The position numbers were made by a program, and so were the translations under genes. A DNA stretch of 64,000 nucleotides from Myxococcales bacterium (lineage in GTDB: Bacteria > Myxococcota_A > Polyangia > Polyangiales > Polyangiaceae), in the NCBI GenBank assembly GCA_043747615.1, contig JAYTOU010000053.1, positions 32,001 to 96,000 of the forward strand, read 5' to 3'. The notes under the pieces are model-generated. The model searched no databases, was not told the origin of the DNA, and saw only the letters and a program-made list of their open reading frames with translations. The stretch's first letter is position 1. Every line of letters starts with the position of its first letter. Positions 10,212 to 19,419 of the stretch are shown here, piece after piece.

Positions 10212-10871
10212 CTAACGCATTACGGCCGCGATCTCCAGCTTCCGCGCGGCTCTGCACCTGCGGGCGCTCAGATCGACGCCGAGCGCATCGAGGCCAAGCG
10301 TGTTGGCGACGGCAAGGACGGTTCCGTGGCCGCAAAAAGGGTCGACCACGATAGTGGTGTTCGTTTCGTCTCGTAGATAGCGGCACGCGATGCGGCACGC
10401 CTCGACTCCCATGGCACGGCTCCACGGCATGAAGCCCGCATCGGGGACGACGTCGGCGCTCGGATGCTTGGGGGGTGCGCGCCGCTCTCGCGAGATGCAG
10501 AGCATGTGCGAATAGCTCGAGCGTCCATAGGTCCTCGTGCCGGCCGGCCTCCGACAGACGATCTTGTGCCACACCAGCGCGGCGGACTCGTCCTCTGCTG
10601 CGCGCTGCACGAGGTAGCCTTTGTCGATCCAGATGCCTCGAGGGCGGATGTCGCTCTGGAAGAAAATCGCCACGCCGCCTTCAGGTACCCAGCGGATCAC
10701 GCGCCGCGCAGCGTCGACGAACCACGTACGCCAGCCTTCGGCGCCGAGGCCCGGTAGCTCGGAGACATCGGGCAGCGAAGTGATGACACTCGCATGCGGC
10801 TCGGCAGGATTCGCCTCGAGCCACGCGAGGGCCTCGCCCTGAATGATTCGACGACCGGGCGCGCTAGACAT
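10212..10871 (-). CDS. SAM-dependent methyltransferase, N4/N6 DNA-methylase-like (beta order)
   Basis: IIQGEAL; ITSLPD at the motif IV position; IVVDPFCGHGT motif I; LGVDL. Confidence 0.7.
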   Translation of the reverse strand: MSSAPGRRIIQGEALAWLEANPAEPHASVITSLPDVSELPGLGAEGWRTWFVDAARRVIRWVPEGGVAIFFQSDIRPRGIWIDKGYLVQRAAEDESAALVWHKIVCRRPAGTRTYGRSSYSHMLCISRERRAPPKHPSADVVPDAGFMPWSRAMGVEACRIACRYLRDETNTTIVVDPFCGHGTVLAVANTLGLDALGVDLSARRCRAARKLEIAAVMR

Positions 10872-10888
10872 CGCGTACGCTCGTGAGC

Positions 10889-11269
10889 ATGGGGAGCGAG
10901 GCGAGGCGCGGAGCGGGCGGTACCCCGGGCGGGCTAGGGGAATTCATCGTTGGCGCCCTCCTCACGTTCACGGGCGTTTACCTCATTCTCAGCCGCGTCA
11001 CGGTCACCACTGGCTTCTGGAATTTCGGCGGTCACGCCTTCGGCGTCATGTTGATTCCGCTCATCTGCGGCATCGCGGCCCTGTTCAACAACGGAAAATC
11101 GATCGTCGGTTGGGTGCTCACCGTGGGCACGCTCATCGCCATCCTGCTCGGCGTGCTCCTCAACATGAACATCTACTTCGAGCAGACGAGCCTCACGATC
11201 GTCTTCGTCATGGTGGGAACGATGGCCGCGGGTTTCGGGCTTATTTTCAAGAGCCTGCGGCCTCATTGA
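10889..11269 (+). CDS. Small four-TM membrane protein
   Basis: Four hydrophobic segments after GAGGTPGG; alternative GTG start at 10883. Confidence 0.75.
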   Translation: MGSEARRGAGGTPGGLGEFIVGALLTFTGVYLILSRVTVTTGFWNFGGHAFGVMLIPLICGIAALFNNGKSIVGWVLTVGTLIAILLGVLLNMNIYFEQTSLTIVFVMVGTMAAGFGLIFKSLRPH

Positions 11270-11352
11270 CAACTCTGCGAACGCTCGAGTCACATCGTCG
11301 CGCATCACACTTTTCCACCCGCACGGCGCCGTTCTGTGTTGACATGCGGCGC

Positions 11353-11634
11353 ATGAAGATCTTCTCCTCGATTCTCGTCGCCGTCTTGACGGTCGCGGCC
11401 TGCAGCGCTGCGGTCAGCAAGGGGCCAAGCGAACGATGCGCGACGGGGACCGAATGTGCCTCGGGAGCCTGCCTCGATCTCGCCGTCATCGATCGTGACG
11501 GAGGTGCATGCCACTCCGCAGGGACCGTGTGCTCCAAGCCCTGCAATACCGATCCGGACTGCGCCTCGCTCGGCGCCAAGTACAAGTGCTTCGACGGCTG
11601 CGGCCCGGCGAAATTCTGCGGCGCTACGCCGTAG
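11353..11634 (+). CDS. Small Cys-rich lipoprotein
   Basis: MKIFSSILVAVLTVAAC lipobox; ten further Cys; alternative ATG at 11344. Confidence 0.75.
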   Translation: MKIFSSILVAVLTVAACSAAVSKGPSERCATGTECASGACLDLAVIDRDGGACHSAGTVCSKPCNTDPDCASLGAKYKCFDGCGPAKFCGATP

Positions 11635-11744
11635 CTTAGCGTCCACCGGGGCAAGAAGGAGCAGCTCGCCGCTGCCGATGCTCAGCATTGGCGCAGCCTA
11701 CACCAGGCCGCATCCGTCGTTGCGCGGCAAGCGGCTGTAGAGTG

Positions 11745-11827
11745 TGGCCCCTGCGGGGGTCGAACCCGCACGCCCTTTCGAGCCGAGGATTTTAAGTCCT
11801 CTGCGTATGCCATTCCGCCAAGGGGCC
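11745..11827 (-). tRNA. tRNA-Leu (anticodon TAA)
   Basis: Acceptor GGCCCCT/AGGGGCC-A; anticodon arm GAGGA-CTTAAAA-TCCTC; long variable arm; T-arm GCGGG-TTCGACC-CCCGC; CCA not encoded. Confidence 0.93.
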
Positions 11828-11864
11828 TTATCGAGTTCTGGGGCGACTCTGGGGCGACTTCGCC

Positions 11865-12149
11865 CAATTCGGGGATTACCTCCTGTAAGGGCGCGAGTTT
11901 CCCGGGGCCCAGCTCCGCACACTTCCGCGCTGCACGGCGGTAGCGCCGAAGCATCGCGCTCGTCGTGTGGCCTTTGCGGTCCATGCTCCATGCTGCGCTG
12001 CGCCCATTGGCCGACGATACCGTGATGAAGGTGGCCCGCAAGTCTTGCACGCGAACGGGCTGCCGAACGTTGCTCCGCTCGAGGAGCTGCACGCGCGCTA
12101 GCCCTGCCTTTTTCAGGTCCACACGAAGGCGATCCGCCCGTCGGTTCAT
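11865..12149 (-). pseudogene. C-terminal remnant of a tyrosine recombinase/integrase
   Basis: RVQDLRATFIT (HxLR with H->Q), KGHTTSAMLRRY (GH...Y); N-terminal domains missing; the frame runs on through the tRNA. Confidence 0.7.
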
Positions 12150-12211
12150 GAGCTGCAGAAGCTTCTTCCTCGCCGCCGTGGTCGAGGCGTATTCATCGCG
12201 TATCTGGCGCG

Positions 12212-12494
12212 CTACGTAAGGACGTTGCGGCCACCGAAGCAAATCGGTGTCGAGCTAAGGACGGAGGTCCGCGCTTTCCTTGTCACGTTCGGGGAACTGC
12301 ACTGGGGGCGCGCGTCGTCTGGTGCATTACCGGCGTCGGATTTGCTGATCGCCGCGTCGAGAAGGCCGGCGTCGGTCCCGCTGTCCGACCCGTTCGTCGA
12401 ACTGGAGGAGCTGCAGCTCGCAATCAGCAGAGCGGAGCTGCTGGCAAGTCAATGAAAGTACAAGCGGCAACACAAAGCCTAGTTTGATGCGCAG
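12212..12494 (-). pseudogene. Frameshifted/truncated lipoprotein remnant
   Basis: One frame reads LRIKLGFVLPLVLSLT. After a shift near 12448 another reads LASSSALLIASCSSSSSTNGSDSGTDAG, a lipobox plus Ser/DAG linker like neighbouring lipoproteins; stop at 12212. Confidence 0.4.
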
Positions 12495-12743
12495 TTTAGG
12501 ATAGGTAGTGCAGCTACTCGGAGAGCCATCAGTTTGCCAGCATAGTAAAGTGCACGCCCGTCACCAGCTCGGGCTCTCGTATGTCGAAGCGGAGATGGAG
12601 GCCGGTTCCTTGGGAGTATTGGTCCTTTTCTCGGCATGGGCGATCGTGACATTTGCTCCTTGTTGCCGAAGCGCAGCAGGTTGCCGAAGGACACTGTTGC
12701 CGCTAATGTGGAGTGCTGTCGAATGCTCGAGGTGCCCTAGTTA

Positions 12744-13058
12744 ATGACACTGAATCAGCGCCGCCACCGGCTTCTCTTTGGCATTGCGTTGTGCGTAGTT
12801 GCCATTAGTGTTTTGACGATTGTCGCGCTGACGGGCGTCGAGCGGCACGTCACCCTGATGTCGAGTATGCCGCTCTGGCCAACCGTTGCAATTCTCGTCG
12901 GACAGTGGACCCGGGTGCGTGCAAACATCGCAACCTATGGACCCGATCGCCCGGAGGAAATCGCACCGGTCTCTCGTAAGCTCCTAGCCGCTGCGGCGGT
13001 CGGTCTGTTTTTAGTGCTGGCGTTCGGTGTCATCCTCGTATCGCGCACCGCTCCGTAG
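12744..13058 (+). CDS. Small hypothetical membrane protein (about 3 TM)
   Basis: ATG ORF of 104 aa with three hydrophobic stretches. Confidence 0.55.
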   Translation: MTLNQRRHRLLFGIALCVVAISVLTIVALTGVERHVTLMSSMPLWPTVAILVGQWTRVRANIATYGPDRPEEIAPVSRKLLAAAAVGLFLVLAFGVILVSRTAP

Positions 13059-13247
13059 CCCCAGCTTCATCATCGCTCGGGCAACTGGCTCGGCGGCCCC
13101 CAAACGTCCACGCCTGAGAGCGTAGGAGGCGCAAACGTGATTGCGTTTCCCTCTAAAACTACCGAAAAGAAGCACTTCTTGAACAATTAGACGGAGTCCT
13201 CTACAAGGGCTCACCCTCGGAGGTAACACTTGCCACCGGGACGACCT

Positions 13248-13319
<72 letters not shown>

Positions 13320-13388
13320 CCGCGCGGATTCCCCGGCTCGTAAGTTCCCTCAACTGTATCGCGCCATAGCGCGCTTTCGCGGCCGCGA

Positions 13389-16382
13389 ATGGCGCTCACT
13401 GGGATAGGTTTGGCGCTTCTGATGAGCGTCCTTCACCTGTTTCCGAAATCTGGATTCGACGAGAGCGCGATGACGCCCGTGCTCATGGGCGTCATCATCT
13501 CGTGGCTCTTCACGGAGTCTTTCGGGTGGGTATTCGCGGGACTTGTCGTCCCGGGCTACATGGCGGCGCTCTTTCTCATCGATCCCCGCTCCGCATCGAT
13601 CAACGTGATCGAGGCTATATTTACGTATGGAATCGCGCGCCTGCTCGGTGAGCACCTTCCGCGAACGGGGCTGACTTCTCGGGTATTCGGGCGCGAACGT
13701 TTTTTCTTGGTGGTCCTCGTCAGCATCGGGGTTCGCTTGGCGGTCGACGGCGTGATCCTTCCGCGCCTCGCGGCCCACGCGACCTGGGCCTTCTCCGTGG
13801 GCTTGGTGGTGGTGCCGCTGACCGCGAACTCGTGCTGGAAAACCGGCATCCCGAGGGGGATCGTGCAGAACGGCGTCCCGACGCTGATTGTCTATTTGCT
13901 CCTCCGGTTCGTATTCATTCCGCACACGAACCTCTCCCTCGCCGGCTTCACGCTGGCCACCGAGAACATCGCCGCAAGCTTCCTCGCCTCTCCCAAGGCG
14001 TACATCCTGTTGCTCACCGGGGCGCTCATCGCGGCGTTCACCAACGTGAGATACGGCTGGGATTTCAATGGAATTCTCATCCCTGCCCTGCTCGCGCTCG
14101 TCGTGATCAGCCCCGTCAAATTCATCGTCACTCTCGTCGAAGTGCTTGTCCTCATTCTCGCGGTGCGCGTTCTCGTGGCCGTCACGCCGCTTCGTCGCGC
14201 GAACATCGAAGGGCCGCGGCGCCTGGTGATTTTTTTCACGGTCGACTACGCGCTTCGCTTCGCTTTCGCCGCGATCATGGGGCGAGATCTCCCTGGCGCG
14301 GACATCGTCGATCTCATGGGCTTCGGCTATCTCCTGCCAACACTCCTCGCCGTGAAAGCCTCTCAGAAGGGAATTACGGCGCTCGTGGTGCTCCCGACCG
14401 TGAGCGTGAGCCTCGCGGGATTCGGCGTCGGAACGCTGATCGGATTCGGCGCAATGATGGTCGACAGCTCGGCGGCAACCACCGGACGAGCCCCGGTCGA
14501 ACGTGTCCTTCCGCAAGCACCGAACGCCATCCCGGCAGCGGCACTGTGGGTCGCAGCGCTCGCACGGCAGGAAGGGGCATGCGCCGCGGTGGGTGCCGGC
14601 CTTCCTCCATCGAAGGTGGCAGCACTTGTCGACGAGCTCCTCCTTGCGCGCACCACGCGGCCCCCCGCTTACCTCCAAGATCAATGGCTCGAGGGGGGCG
14701 TGCTTCTCTTGCGCGAGCGGTTCGCGTCGCTCCAGGATCGCTTCGGCGACCCTGCGATTTTGGCTGTTCCGCGCTCTTTGGCCGCGGTGAAAAAGAGGGT
14801 GGTGCTCTTCGCTTCGCGTCCCGTGAGCGAGCCGGAAGTGGCTCTCGCTGCCGGTCGGTTGCTGGCGAATCACGGCGCGGACACCCTGGTCATCGCGGGG
14901 GTCGAAGAGAGCGACGCACGTCTGCGGGGGTGCCTAGGATCGGGGCTGGCCATCGCGCGCGCGCTCGCCGGAGAGCCTCGGACGGAACGCGGACTGCTCG
15001 TCGAAGTGCGAAAGAGCAAGACGGCCACCGCTCATGTCTACATTCACTCGCGCGTCGGCACCGACCGCGAAGTGCAGGAGCTCATCAACCAAGCCCACGC
15101 CGACGGCACTCCCGTCGAGGCCCATCCGATGACCACGAGCGAAGACGCCGAGGTGGTGCTCGAGCTCCCGCTGACGGGCAACGAAAAATGGCTTGCCGTC
15201 CCCACGGTGAGTCAGCCGCTTGTGAGCTCGACAATGATGGCCATCGCGCTCGATGGCGTTCGAGCGTCGCAAAATCGTCCCTCACTCGAGGAGCTGCTCG
15301 CGCTCCGCCGCCTTGCGATCGAGCCCCTCCTCGGTGCCGAGGCCACCAGCCGGTCCCTCGGTTTTCTCCGGTATTCCGCGGCAATTCTCGGGTATCAACT
15401 TCTCGGCCCATCGCCCCTCGCGGGCGGCGAAGACGCTCTCGCGCTCGTTCCCGGGGAGTCGCCGCGACCGCTCGCGATCATCGCACGCGCGAGCGGAGTC
15501 AAGAGAACGGTCCTCGAAGTTCCACGTGGCTTCGAGGACGGCCTGCGCGACCTCGGCCTGCGCCTCGGCAACGTCACCCATGCCGATGCGTTCCTCATTG
15601 GTCTCGAGCCGGGGCTCTCGCTCTTCAGCAGCGATGTCTTTCGAGAGGCTCACGCCGTGGCTACGTCGCAGCGTCCGAGCCGGACCGCGGCGGTGATCCT
15701 TCTTCGCGATCGAGTGGTCGACTCAACCCGCGTGGGAATTGCGGAGCTCGGAACCTGGGGCGGTGCGGGTGTTCCGGCGCTGCAAGCTGCCGTGGAGCAA
15801 GGGTTGAAATCCGTCGGCGTCGCGTCGTCGCCCGCGCCGCTCGACCTCGCTGCGCGTGAGGCAACGGGACGGAGCTTGCTCGGGGAGACGCCGCTCGTCA
15901 CGGTCACCGTGGACTCCACCGCTCTTGTCGCAACGTCGCTCAACGCAGCCCGCAGAGCGGCACGCCAATTCCCGGAGCTCACGACCTACGACGGGACCTG
16001 CGGAGAAATCGCCGCGCGCCTCGTGGCCTTGCTTCCGCAAGGTGGTGATACCGCTCCGGCCGATCTCATCGACGTGGCTCGTCGTGCGGCCTTCGAGGAG
16101 AGCGTGGTCGCCAATCGTACGTTCGAAGCAGCCGTCGCTCACACCGGGGTCCGTGCTGCGATTGCGAGCTCCGGCGCGGGCGTCTACGTTGTCTCGGTGC
16201 GTCGCGTCGGTCGCACCTTGCTCATCGGAGCCGCTCCCACGACGGCTCCGGCGGCGACGCCCCGAGAAGCGGGAGGGCTAGCGTCGATGGCGGTCGGCGG
16301 CTTGCCGCAGCGTGCTGACTCGTTCGCGGAGTGCGCGACGCGGATCTCGAACGGCGGCTCCTGCCGCGTGGAGGCGCTGTGA
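13389..16382 (+). CDS. pgsC: Poly-gamma-glutamate biosynthesis protein PgsC/CapC (two tandem CapC units) with a large C-terminal soluble extension
   Basis: GVIISWLFTESFGWVFAGLVVPGYMA...FGRERF...GLVVVPLTAN...KTG is the CapC signature; second unit YGWDFNGILIPALLAL...GPRRL...GYLLPTLLA...QKG. Alternative start 13422. Confidence 0.85.
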   Translation: MALTGIGLALLMSVLHLFPKSGFDESAMTPVLMGVIISWLFTESFGWVFAGLVVPGYMAALFLIDPRSASINVIEAIFTYGIARLLGEHLPRTGLTSRVFGRERFFLVVLVSIGVRLAVDGVILPRLAAHATWAFSVGLVVVPLTANSCWKTGIPRGIVQNGVPTLIVYLLLRFVFIPHTNLSLAGFTLATENIAASFLASPKAYILLLTGALIAAFTNVRYGWDFNGILIPALLALVVISPVKFIVTLVEVLVLILAVRVLVAVTPLRRANIEGPRRLVIFFTVDYALRFAFAAIMGRDLPGADIVDLMGFGYLLPTLLAVKASQKGITALVVLPTVSVSLAGFGVGTLIGFGAMMVDSSAATTGRAPVERVLPQAPNAIPAAALWVAALARQEGACAAVGAGLPPSKVAALVDELLLARTTRPPAYLQDQWLEGGVLLLRERFASLQDRFGDPAILAVPRSLAAVKKRVVLFASRPVSEPEVALAAGRLLANHGADTLVIAGVEESDARLRGCLGSGLAIARALAGEPRTERGLLVEVRKSKTATAHVYIHSRVGTDREVQELINQAHADGTPVEAHPMTTSEDAEVVLELPLTGNEKWLAVPTVSQPLVSSTMMAIALDGVRASQNRPSLEELLALRRLAIEPLLGAEATSRSLGFLRYSAAILGYQLLGPSPLAGGEDALALVPGESPRPLAIIARASGVKRTVLEVPRGFEDGLRDLGLRLGNVTHADAFLIGLEPGLSLFSSDVFREAHAVATSQRPSRTAAVILLRDRVVDSTRVGIAELGTWGGAGVPALQAAVEQGLKSVGVASSPAPLDLAAREATGRSLLGETPLVTVTVDSTALVATSLNAARRAARQFPELTTYDGTCGEIAARLVALLPQGGDTAPADLIDVARRAAFEESVVANRTFEAAVAHTGVRAAIASSGAGVYVVSVRRVGRTLLIGAAPTTAPAATPREAGGLASMAVGGLPQRADSFAECATRISNGGSCRVEAL

Positions 16383-18439
16383 AACGGCGCGGGGCAAACG
16401 ACAAAGTAGCGCTCAACGAAGAGCGGAGCTTCACGAGCCACGACCAGCTCGTGCTCATCGAAGCGACGAGCACGAAGATCCAGAGCAGCGGCCGATGGAC
16501 CCCGTACGTTCTTCTCGTGGGATTCGCGATCGGGCTTCTTTTTGCGGTCCGCGAGATTGCTCGCATCGAACGCACGTTGACGGCCGAGGGCGCGCTCGCC
16601 CGCCGCGTCGTGGTCTACGAGGTGCTGCCCGGAAAAGAATTTCGCGTGCCGATGGAGCCAGACACGGAGGTGTTTCGGCTCGTTATGCATCTCCTAAGGC
16701 GCGGCCCGATCTCTCCGGAGAACCACCTCGTCAAGCTCGCGGTGACGGTGCGGGGCGCGCAGGGCACGCGCACAGAAGAGCTGATCTTCTCGGCGCCGTG
16801 GACGACGGATCGCGTGAAGCCTGAAGACCCGGGGATCGTGGTGGGCGATCCGGTCGGCGCGAACGTGGAGGTGACCGGCCTCGGCGCCGGCGACCTCACC
16901 CTTGCCTTGAAAGACGTCGAAGGGGCAGACGGTCTCCTCGTGCGCGTCTACCGTCGAGAGTCACTCAAGACGAGCGACGCCCTTCGCCAACGCGAGAACA
17001 TCGAGATCGGCAAACGCGAGCATCTAGCGCGACGCGCGGGAGAGATCGACTGGACCGATCTCGACGACGGCGAGCATTCGCAGCTCCTCGCTGCGCGCTG
17101 GAAAAGAGTGGCCGTGCTGAGCGACTCGGGGCACGAGCTCACGCCTCGTGCGATCGCCCTCGCCCCGGCGCCAAGCAAGGGCAGCAAGGTAACGGAGCCG
17201 GTCGCCTGGTCGCGTGAGCTTCGCGCGAACGCGAAGGCCGCAGTCATCGCTCATGGTCCGGTGTCCGTCGTTGCCCGCGATCACAACAACCCCCAGGCGC
17301 GGATCACCGCCACGCTCCGCGATGAGAGCGGCACGGTGAAGCGCGAGATGCAGGGGGAGGCATCGATCGAGGTGAAAGCGGATCAAGTGACCGGCATCGA
17401 GTTTAGCCTCCAGGAAGAGGGCTCGCTGGCCATCTCTGCGTCCGACGTGACGAAGCTCGAGCTTCCGACGAAAGTGGCGTACTGGAGGGTCACGCCGAAG
17501 ACGCCAGCCCTGATCCAAGCGGGCATGGAGCCCCTCGTGGTCCGCGTCGGATGTCGCCGCGTCGTAGCCTCCGACACGCCGGGCCCGTTCACTCTCAGCC
17601 TTCGCGTGTCCACCGCGGTGGGGAAGGTGCGCACCGAAGAAATCATCACCTCGGCCGAATTTCGGTCGGACTACGATGGGTACGATGGACGTGGAGACGC
17701 CGTGTCGGAGAAAGTCGAGCGCTATGTGCTCGTTCCGCGTGGTGGGCTCGTGAGCCTCGCGCCCGTCGACGGCGTCCTCGACATTTCGATCTCCGAGCTC
17801 GATCCCACGATCGGTCCGAAGCACATACCCGCGGCTTCTGCGCGCGCTGATGCTCCGAAACGCGAGACGATGGTCAAGGTGGGAGCGGCAGACTGGAAAG
17901 GTTTCGTGCCGCGGCGTCCGACGAACCTCGGAGCGTTCGACGGTCAAGCGCGCGGCTTTTTCGCCGTGGCCCACCGGTTCGAGCCTCTTTCCTCGAGGAT
18001 CGAGGCAGATGCGTCGTTCCGTTTTACGCGCCCGCCGGCGGCAAAAGCCAACATGATCGGAGAGCGAATGTTCGAGCCCGCAGGTCTTCCCCTTCCGTTC
18101 ACCATGGTGGGCGGCGTCGCCATCGCGCTCCCGGTTCATCTACAGTCGGCGGAGCGGGTCGAGGTCGTCGCCGAGATCGATGGAGACGTTCCCCTCCGCC
18201 GTGCAACGGGGCTCGTCGCTCACCTGACGACCGCGCGCTCCATGACGGTGGAAGGCGAAGTGACCGCAACGATCGTTCTCGGCGACGACCTCGCTCCAGG
18301 TCCGCACGTCCTCACCTTCTTGCCCGCAACACCGGGGACGAAACTAGTTCAGGTGCACGTCCCGTGGGCGGCGAAGAAATCCGTCGCTCCACCGAAGAAG
18401 CACGCCGATTCACACTGGGTCGCGGCGGACTCCGAATGA
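16379..18439 (+). CDS. Hypothetical single-TM-anchored beta-rich protein (pgs operon gene 2)
   Basis: GTGA overlap with the pgsC stop; TM YVLLVGFAIGLLFAV; ATGA overlap with the next gene. Confidence 0.8.
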   Translation: MKRRGANDKVALNEERSFTSHDQLVLIEATSTKIQSSGRWTPYVLLVGFAIGLLFAVREIARIERTLTAEGALARRVVVYEVLPGKEFRVPMEPDTEVFRLVMHLLRRGPISPENHLVKLAVTVRGAQGTRTEELIFSAPWTTDRVKPEDPGIVVGDPVGANVEVTGLGAGDLTLALKDVEGADGLLVRVYRRESLKTSDALRQRENIEIGKREHLARRAGEIDWTDLDDGEHSQLLAARWKRVAVLSDSGHELTPRAIALAPAPSKGSKVTEPVAWSRELRANAKAAVIAHGPVSVVARDHNNPQARITATLRDESGTVKREMQGEASIEVKADQVTGIEFSLQEEGSLAISASDVTKLELPTKVAYWRVTPKTPALIQAGMEPLVVRVGCRRVVASDTPGPFTLSLRVSTAVGKVRTEEIITSAEFRSDYDGYDGRGDAVSEKVERYVLVPRGGLVSLAPVDGVLDISISELDPTIGPKHIPAASARADAPKRETMVKVGAADWKGFVPRRPTNLGAFDGQARGFFAVAHRFEPLSSRIEADASFRFTRPPAAKANMIGERMFEPAGLPLPFTMVGGVAIALPVHLQSAERVEVVAEIDGDVPLRRATGLVAHLTTARSMTVEGEVTATIVLGDDLAPGPHVLTFLPATPGTKLVQVHVPWAAKKSVAPPKKHADSHWVAADSE

Positions 18440-19419
18440 GCGCCGCCACACGACACGCAGCGCTCCGCGTGACGGCACTCGCCGTAGGACTGCTCGCGCT
18501 AGGATGTAGCCGTAAAGAGAAGCTCGCCGAAGCCCCCGCGGTCGACCCCTCATCAAACCAAAAGGATTCCCCGGTGGAGAACGTTCAAACGGAATGTCCC
18601 GCGGCCCTCGTCGCGGCGCGGCGCGGTGGAACCGACTCGGATCGCTACGTCGCTCCAAGCGAGGCCGAGCGCGCAGCGATGCGCGACGCCGCCGCACTTC
18701 TCGTCTCCGGCGGAGCGAGCGCGCGTGCCGCGGCAACGGCAAAGGCAGCAACGGCGGGCTTCGATATTCTAGACGTGCCCGAGATTCCTGGAGCGGTTCT
18801 CCTCCGCGAAAAAGACGACCATCGACAGGGCGGCGGCGCCTACCTGCTTCGCCTCGACGCGCACTCCGATGTGGTCGTCCAGGCCCCGCACACGTTCTTC
18901 GACGAGGGCACGCTCCCCCTCGGCTGCGAGCTTTTCTACCGCGCAAAGGCCCGCGCGTTCTTCATCGACACGGCGCATCGCTACAAGGCTGCGGCCCAGA
19001 CAGAGGAGGGCGACCACCCCGCCGACGTCGCGCACTCTACGACCTCCACTTTTCAAGCGATGACCGAAGGCGTCTTGCGAACCATCCCTCATGCAACTCT
19101 CGTTCAGCCCCACGGTTTCTCGAAGCGCGACGCGGTGACCGTCGTCCTGTCAAATGGCGAAGGCCGTCCGGGAAATCCCTTGGTCGGGCGCGCCGCAGGG
19201 CGGCTTACGAAGATCTCCGGCCCGGGCGTGAAGCGGTTTCCGGAGGACACGGGTGAGCTCGGCGCGACGAAGAACGTGCAGGGCGCCGCGGTGCGTGCGT
19301 CCGGCGGTCGCTTCCTCCACGTCGAGATCGCCGCCCAGCTGCGGCACGATCTCCTTCGCGACGCGCAGCTCCGTGCCCGATTTTTCGACGCGCTCGCGAT
19401 CAGCGTGAACGAACCATGA
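18436..19419 (+). CDS. Lipoprotein, putative Zn-dependent poly-gamma-glutamate hydrolase (PghP / Zn-exopeptidase-fold-like)
   Basis: Lipobox LALGC; VVQAPHTFFDEGT, DVAH, VQPHGF, FLHVEI resemble the APH...GT / HG / E motifs of PghP-type hydrolases. Confidence 0.65.
   Translation: MSAATRHAALRVTALAVGLLALGCSRKEKLAEAPAVDPSSNQKDSPVENVQTECPAALVAARRGGTDSDRYVAPSEAERAAMRDAAALLVSGGASARAAATAKAATAGFDILDVPEIPGAVLLREKDDHRQGGGAYLLRLDAHSDVVVQAPHTFFDEGTLPLGCELFYRAKARAFFIDTAHRYKAAAQTEEGDHPADVAHSTTSTFQAMTEGVLRTIPHATLVQPHGFSKRDAVTVVLSNGEGRPGNPLVGRAAGRLTKISGPGVKRFPEDTGELGATKNVQGAAVRASGGRFLHVEIAAQLRHDLLRDAQLRARFFDALAISVNEP

Noticed and set aside
11682..12242. 186-aa ORF as an intact gene
   Set aside because: Runs through tRNA-Leu and holds only a degenerate integrase C-terminus; treated as a pseudogene.
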